This document shows, one piece after another, positions 61,539-64,000 of a DNA stretch of 64,000 nt. Position 1 is the stretch's first letter. The number at the start of each line of letters is the position of its first letter. The stretch is taken from assembly GCA_020852355.1 (NCBI GenBank), contig JADZBA010000319.1, forward strand, positions 10,513 to 74,512, read 5' to 3'. The stretch is from Alphaproteobacteria bacterium. Its GTDB lineage: Bacteria; Pseudomonadota; Alphaproteobacteria; ATCC43930; Allostellaceae. A model generated the notes under the pieces. That model saw only the letters and a program-made list of their open reading frames with translations, ran no database searches and had not been told where the DNA came from. The translations under genes were made by a program, and so were the position numbers.

Positions 61539-62753
61539 GTGCGCGCATTGGAAGGCATAACGGTCCTGGATCTGACCCATATGCTGTCGGGCCCCTACGG
61601 CACGATGCTGATGGCCGATCTCGGGGCGCGCACGATCAAGGTCGAGCCGCCGGGCAAGGGCGAGGGCACCCGCCGCCTTTTGGAGAAGTCGCCGGACTAT
61701 GCCCGCGACGGCATGGGCGCCTATTTTCTCACCCTCTGCCGCAACAAGGAAAGCGTGGCGATCGACCTCAAGGCCGAGGAAGGTCGCGCCCTCTTCTACG
61801 AGATGGTCAGGCATGCCGACATCGTCGTCTCGAATTTCGGCGTCGGCGTCACCGAGCGGCTGAAGATCGACTTCGCGACGCTCTCCGCCCACAACCCGCG
61901 CATCATCACCTGCGCGATCTCCGGCTTCGGCGAGACCGGGCCGATCCGCGACTGGCCTTCGTTCGACCTGGTGGCCCAGGGCATGGGCGGCGGCATGTCG
62001 CTGACCGGCACCGAGGGCAGCGAGTATCTGCGCTCCGGCATCCCGATCGGCGATCTCGGCGGCGGCATGTTCGGGGTGATCGGCATCCTCGCCGCCCTGC
62101 GGGCCCGCGACACCACCGGCAAGGGCCAGCATGTCGACATCTCGATGTTCGACGTCCAGCTCTCGATGCTCAACTATATCGGCACGATGCAGCTCATGAG
62201 CGGAAAGCTGACCGAGCGTGTCGGCAACGGCCATTTCGTGCATGTGCCCTACAACACCTTCCACACCCGGACGCGCCCGCTCATCATCGCCGTCATCACC
62301 GACAATTTCTGGGCGACGCTGGTGAAGCTGCTGGAGGCGCCCGACCTCGACCGGCCGGAATTCGCACACCAGCCGGGGCGCTATGCGCAGAAGGATTTCA
62401 TCGAACGACGCCTCAATGAGATCTTCGCGACGAAGACCTGCGAGGAATGGCTCGCCTTGCTCGAAACCGTGCGCATTCCCGCCGCCCCCGTGAACGACGT
62501 GCAGCAGGCGCTCGCCGAACCGCAGACCCGGGCGCGCAACATGAAGGTCACGGTCGCGCTGCCCGGCGGCGGCACGGTCGACCAGCCCGGGAATCCGGTG
62601 AAGCTCTCCGACACCTACGAGGACATCTACACCCCGCCGCCGCGCGTCGGCGAAAACACCCGCGAGGTCCTCGCCGCCATGCTCGGCATGGGCGACGCGC
62701 GGCTGAAGGAACTCGCGGCCCGCGGCGTCATCGACCTTGGGCCGAAGGGCTGA
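61539..62753 (+). CDS. Family III CoA-transferase (CaiB/BaiF/Frc-like)
   Basis: 404 aa, GTG start. N-terminal LEGITVLDLTHMLSGPYGTMLMADLGARTIKVEPP and later GIPIGDLGGG are typical of the family. Confidence 0.9.
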   Translation: MRALEGITVLDLTHMLSGPYGTMLMADLGARTIKVEPPGKGEGTRRLLEKSPDYARDGMGAYFLTLCRNKESVAIDLKAEEGRALFYEMVRHADIVVSNFGVGVTERLKIDFATLSAHNPRIITCAISGFGETGPIRDWPSFDLVAQGMGGGMSLTGTEGSEYLRSGIPIGDLGGGMFGVIGILAALRARDTTGKGQHVDISMFDVQLSMLNYIGTMQLMSGKLTERVGNGHFVHVPYNTFHTRTRPLIIAVITDNFWATLVKLLEAPDLDRPEFAHQPGRYAQKDFIERRLNEIFATKTCEEWLALLETVRIPAAPVNDVQQALAEPQTRARNMKVTVALPGGGTVDQPGNPVKLSDTYEDIYTPPPRVGENTREVLAAMLGMGDARLKELAARGVIDLGPKG

Positions 62754-62777
62754 ACGCAAACCAAGGGAGCACCAGGC

Positions 62778-63680
62778 GTGACCCGCCGCATCGAGATCGT
62801 CGAGGTCGGCCCGCGGGACGGCCTCCAGAACGAGAAGACCCTGCTGAGCGTCGAGGAGAAGCTCGACTTCGTCCGCCGCCTCGAAGGGGCCGGCGTGCGC
62901 CGCATCGAGGCCGTCTCCTTCGTGAACCCGAAGCGCGTGCCGCAGATGGCCGGCGCCGAGGAGGTGATGGCCGGCCTGCCGCATCAGGCCGGCCGCTCGC
63001 GCATCGGCCTCGTCCTCAACCGGCGCGGCTGGGAGCGCGCCGTCGCGGCGCGCTGCGACGAGGCCAATCTCGTCCTCACCTGCTCCGACACCTTCGGCAT
63101 CAGGAACCAGGGCGCCTCGCGGGCCGAACAGATCGCCGCGCTCGCGCCCATCGCCGCCGACGCCGGCCCCGGCAAGCCCTCGCTCTCCGTCACCATCGCC
63201 GTCGCCTTCGGCTGCCCCTTCGAGGGCGAGGTGCCGGACAGCGCCGTCGCCGAGATCGCCGAGGCCTGCGCCGCCGGCGGCGTCGCCGAGATCGCGCTCG
63301 CCGACACGATCGGCGTCGGCGATCCGTGGAAGGTGCGCCGCCTCGTCAGGCTCGTCCGCCGCGCCGCGCCTGCGGCGAAGCTCCGCCTGCATTTCCACGA
63401 CACCCGCAACACCGGCCTCGCCAATGCCGCCGCCGCGGTGGACGAGGGCGCCGACATCCTCGATGCCAGCGTCGGCGGCATCGGCGGCTGCCCCTTCGCG
63501 CCCGCCGCCACCGGCAACATCGCGACCGAGGACCTCGTCTACATGCTCGCCCGCGGCGGCTTCGAGACCGGCCTCGACATTGCCGCGCTCGTCGACACCG
63601 CCGAGTGGATCGGCGCGAAGCTCGGCCGCCCGCATCCCTCCGCCCTCTCGCGCGCCGGCGTCTTCCCCAAAGCCGCCTGA
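62778..63680 (+). CDS. Hydroxymethylglutaryl-CoA lyase-like (HMGL/DRE-TIM) lyase
   Basis: 300 aa, GTG start preceded by AAGGGAG. Motifs EVGPRDGLQNE, LADTIGVG, HFHDTRNTGLAN and GGLGGCPFAP-like (GGIGGCPFAP). Confidence 0.9.
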   Translation: MTRRIEIVEVGPRDGLQNEKTLLSVEEKLDFVRRLEGAGVRRIEAVSFVNPKRVPQMAGAEEVMAGLPHQAGRSRIGLVLNRRGWERAVAARCDEANLVLTCSDTFGIRNQGASRAEQIAALAPIAADAGPGKPSLSVTIAVAFGCPFEGEVPDSAVAEIAEACAAGGVAEIALADTIGVGDPWKVRRLVRLVRRAAPAAKLRLHFHDTRNTGLANAAAAVDEGADILDASVGGIGGCPFAPAATGNIATEDLVYMLARGGFETGLDIAALVDTAEWIGAKLGRPHPSALSRAGVFPKAA

Positions 63681-63757
63681 CCCCGGGCGGAAGTGGCGAT
63701 CGCCTATGGCTTGTCTTCCCCCAGCGGAGGCGAAGCCGGAGCGGTGCGGAGGAAGGC

Positions 63758-64000
63758 CTACGCCCCCAGCTCCTCCAGCATCGCCGGCACGCAGGTGAGG
63801 GCCCGCAGCGCGTCGTTCAGATGCGTGCAGCCTTCCGTCTTGGCCAGCAGCACCGGCACCTCGTCGCGCAGCGCCTCCAGCCGCATCGCCTTCACGCGGT
63901 GGATGTTCAGCACCGCGCCCGGGCATTCCACGTAAGGCAGCACGCGCGGCGTCGCCTCGACCGAAAGGATGCGCCCGCTCTGCGGATCGGCGGTCGCCGT
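63758..64000 (-). CDS. Hypothetical protein, C-terminal 80 codons (5' end beyond the window); possibly DUF2889-like
   Basis: The reverse frame is open from the window edge: TATADPQSGRILSVEATPRVLPYVECPGAVLNIHRVKAMRLEALRDEVPVLLAKTEGCTHLNDALRALTCVPAMLEELGA*. The GCTHL segment recalls DUF2889, but that assignment is from memory only. Confidence 0.4.
   Translation of the reverse strand, partial: TATADPQSGRILSVEATPRVLPYVECPGAVLNIHRVKAMRLEALRDEVPVLLAKTEGCTHLNDALRALTCVPAMLEELGA

Noticed and set aside
61005-63926. A 973-aa minus-strand ORF
   Set aside because: It is antisense to the CoA-transferase and HMG-CoA-lyase-like genes, both of which carry strong family motifs. Its composition is typical of GC-rich antisense frames.
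1-64000. A search for CRISPR arrays, tRNA, rRNA, transposases, integrases or phage genes
   Set aside because: I saw no regularly spaced direct repeats, no tRNA-like cloverleaf sequence (no GGTTCGAATCC-type T-arm), no rRNA-like stretch, and no ORF with DDE, tyrosine-recombinase or serine-recombinase motifs on reading the window. The only repeats are the REP-like palindromes and operator motifs reported above.

Overview
A high-GC window, about 68-70% G+C by eye. Its REP-like palindromes resemble those of Rhizobiales-type alphaproteobacteria. It is almost entirely a densely packed catabolic island, and I saw no rRNA, tRNA, CRISPR array, transposase or integrase. I call about 60 protein genes.

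**Gene modules**
- **Module 1 (1-13 kb):** a biaryl/phenylpropionate-style ring-hydroxylation and meta-cleavage module. It holds Rieske alpha/beta oxygenase, ferredoxin, ferredoxin reductase, a two-subunit LigAB/CarBaBb-type extradiol dioxygenase, the meta-cleavage-product hydrolase, and the hydratase / acetaldehyde dehydrogenase / aldolase triad. A lower-GC Fic gene interrupts it on the opposite strand.
- **Module 2 (15-23 kb):** an MFS transporter, an alpha-only Rieske oxygenase, a LigB-type dioxygenase, an aldehyde dehydrogenase, a TPP-dependent enzyme and a hydrolase.
- **23-31 kb:** a TonB-dependent receptor, a leaderless GGT-like Ntn hydrolase, a cupin / FAD monooxygenase / aspartate-dehydrogenase-like operon, and a TauD-family dioxygenase.
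- **35-44.5 kb:** a CoA-thioester module with TetR, an OYE-FAD reductase, three SDRs, a DUF35 plus SCPx-thiolase pair, an acyl-CoA dehydrogenase, a PhyH dioxygenase and an acyl-CoA ligase.
- **44.6-51 kb:** two more PhyH dioxygenases, a TetR regulator, a GPH-type transporter and a second TonB-dependent receptor.
- **51-56 kb:** a TetR-controlled NodT-EmrA-EmrB efflux operon.
- **56-64 kb:** mixed acyl-CoA genes, two regulators, and a roughly 0.73 kb AT-rich islet.

**Main hunt results**
1. A 15-bp palindromic operator (ideal form TGCATAC-N-GTATGCA) recurs in nine intergenic positions between 0.6 and 30 kb. It ties at least seven promoter regions into one apparent regulon, probably under the GntR/FCD regulator at 13037-13702.
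2. A second inverted-repeat family (TAAyrCACG-N5-GTGCrTT) sits 10-30 nt upstream of three minus-strand genes around the TetR at 46494-47069.
3. A third, orphan palindrome (CTAACATGyTAG) is shared by two promoters.
4. An auto-inhibited class II Fic gene sits antisense inside a translationally coupled operon.
5. The foreign AT-rich islet carries two tiny ORFs. The first ORF alone is bracketed by an imperfect inverted repeat.
6. No canonical cis-dihydrodiol dehydrogenase is present, but two aspartate-dehydrogenase-like paralogues lie directly behind regulon operators.

All functional calls rest on reading motifs and overall family resemblance in the translated ORFs. No database search was run.
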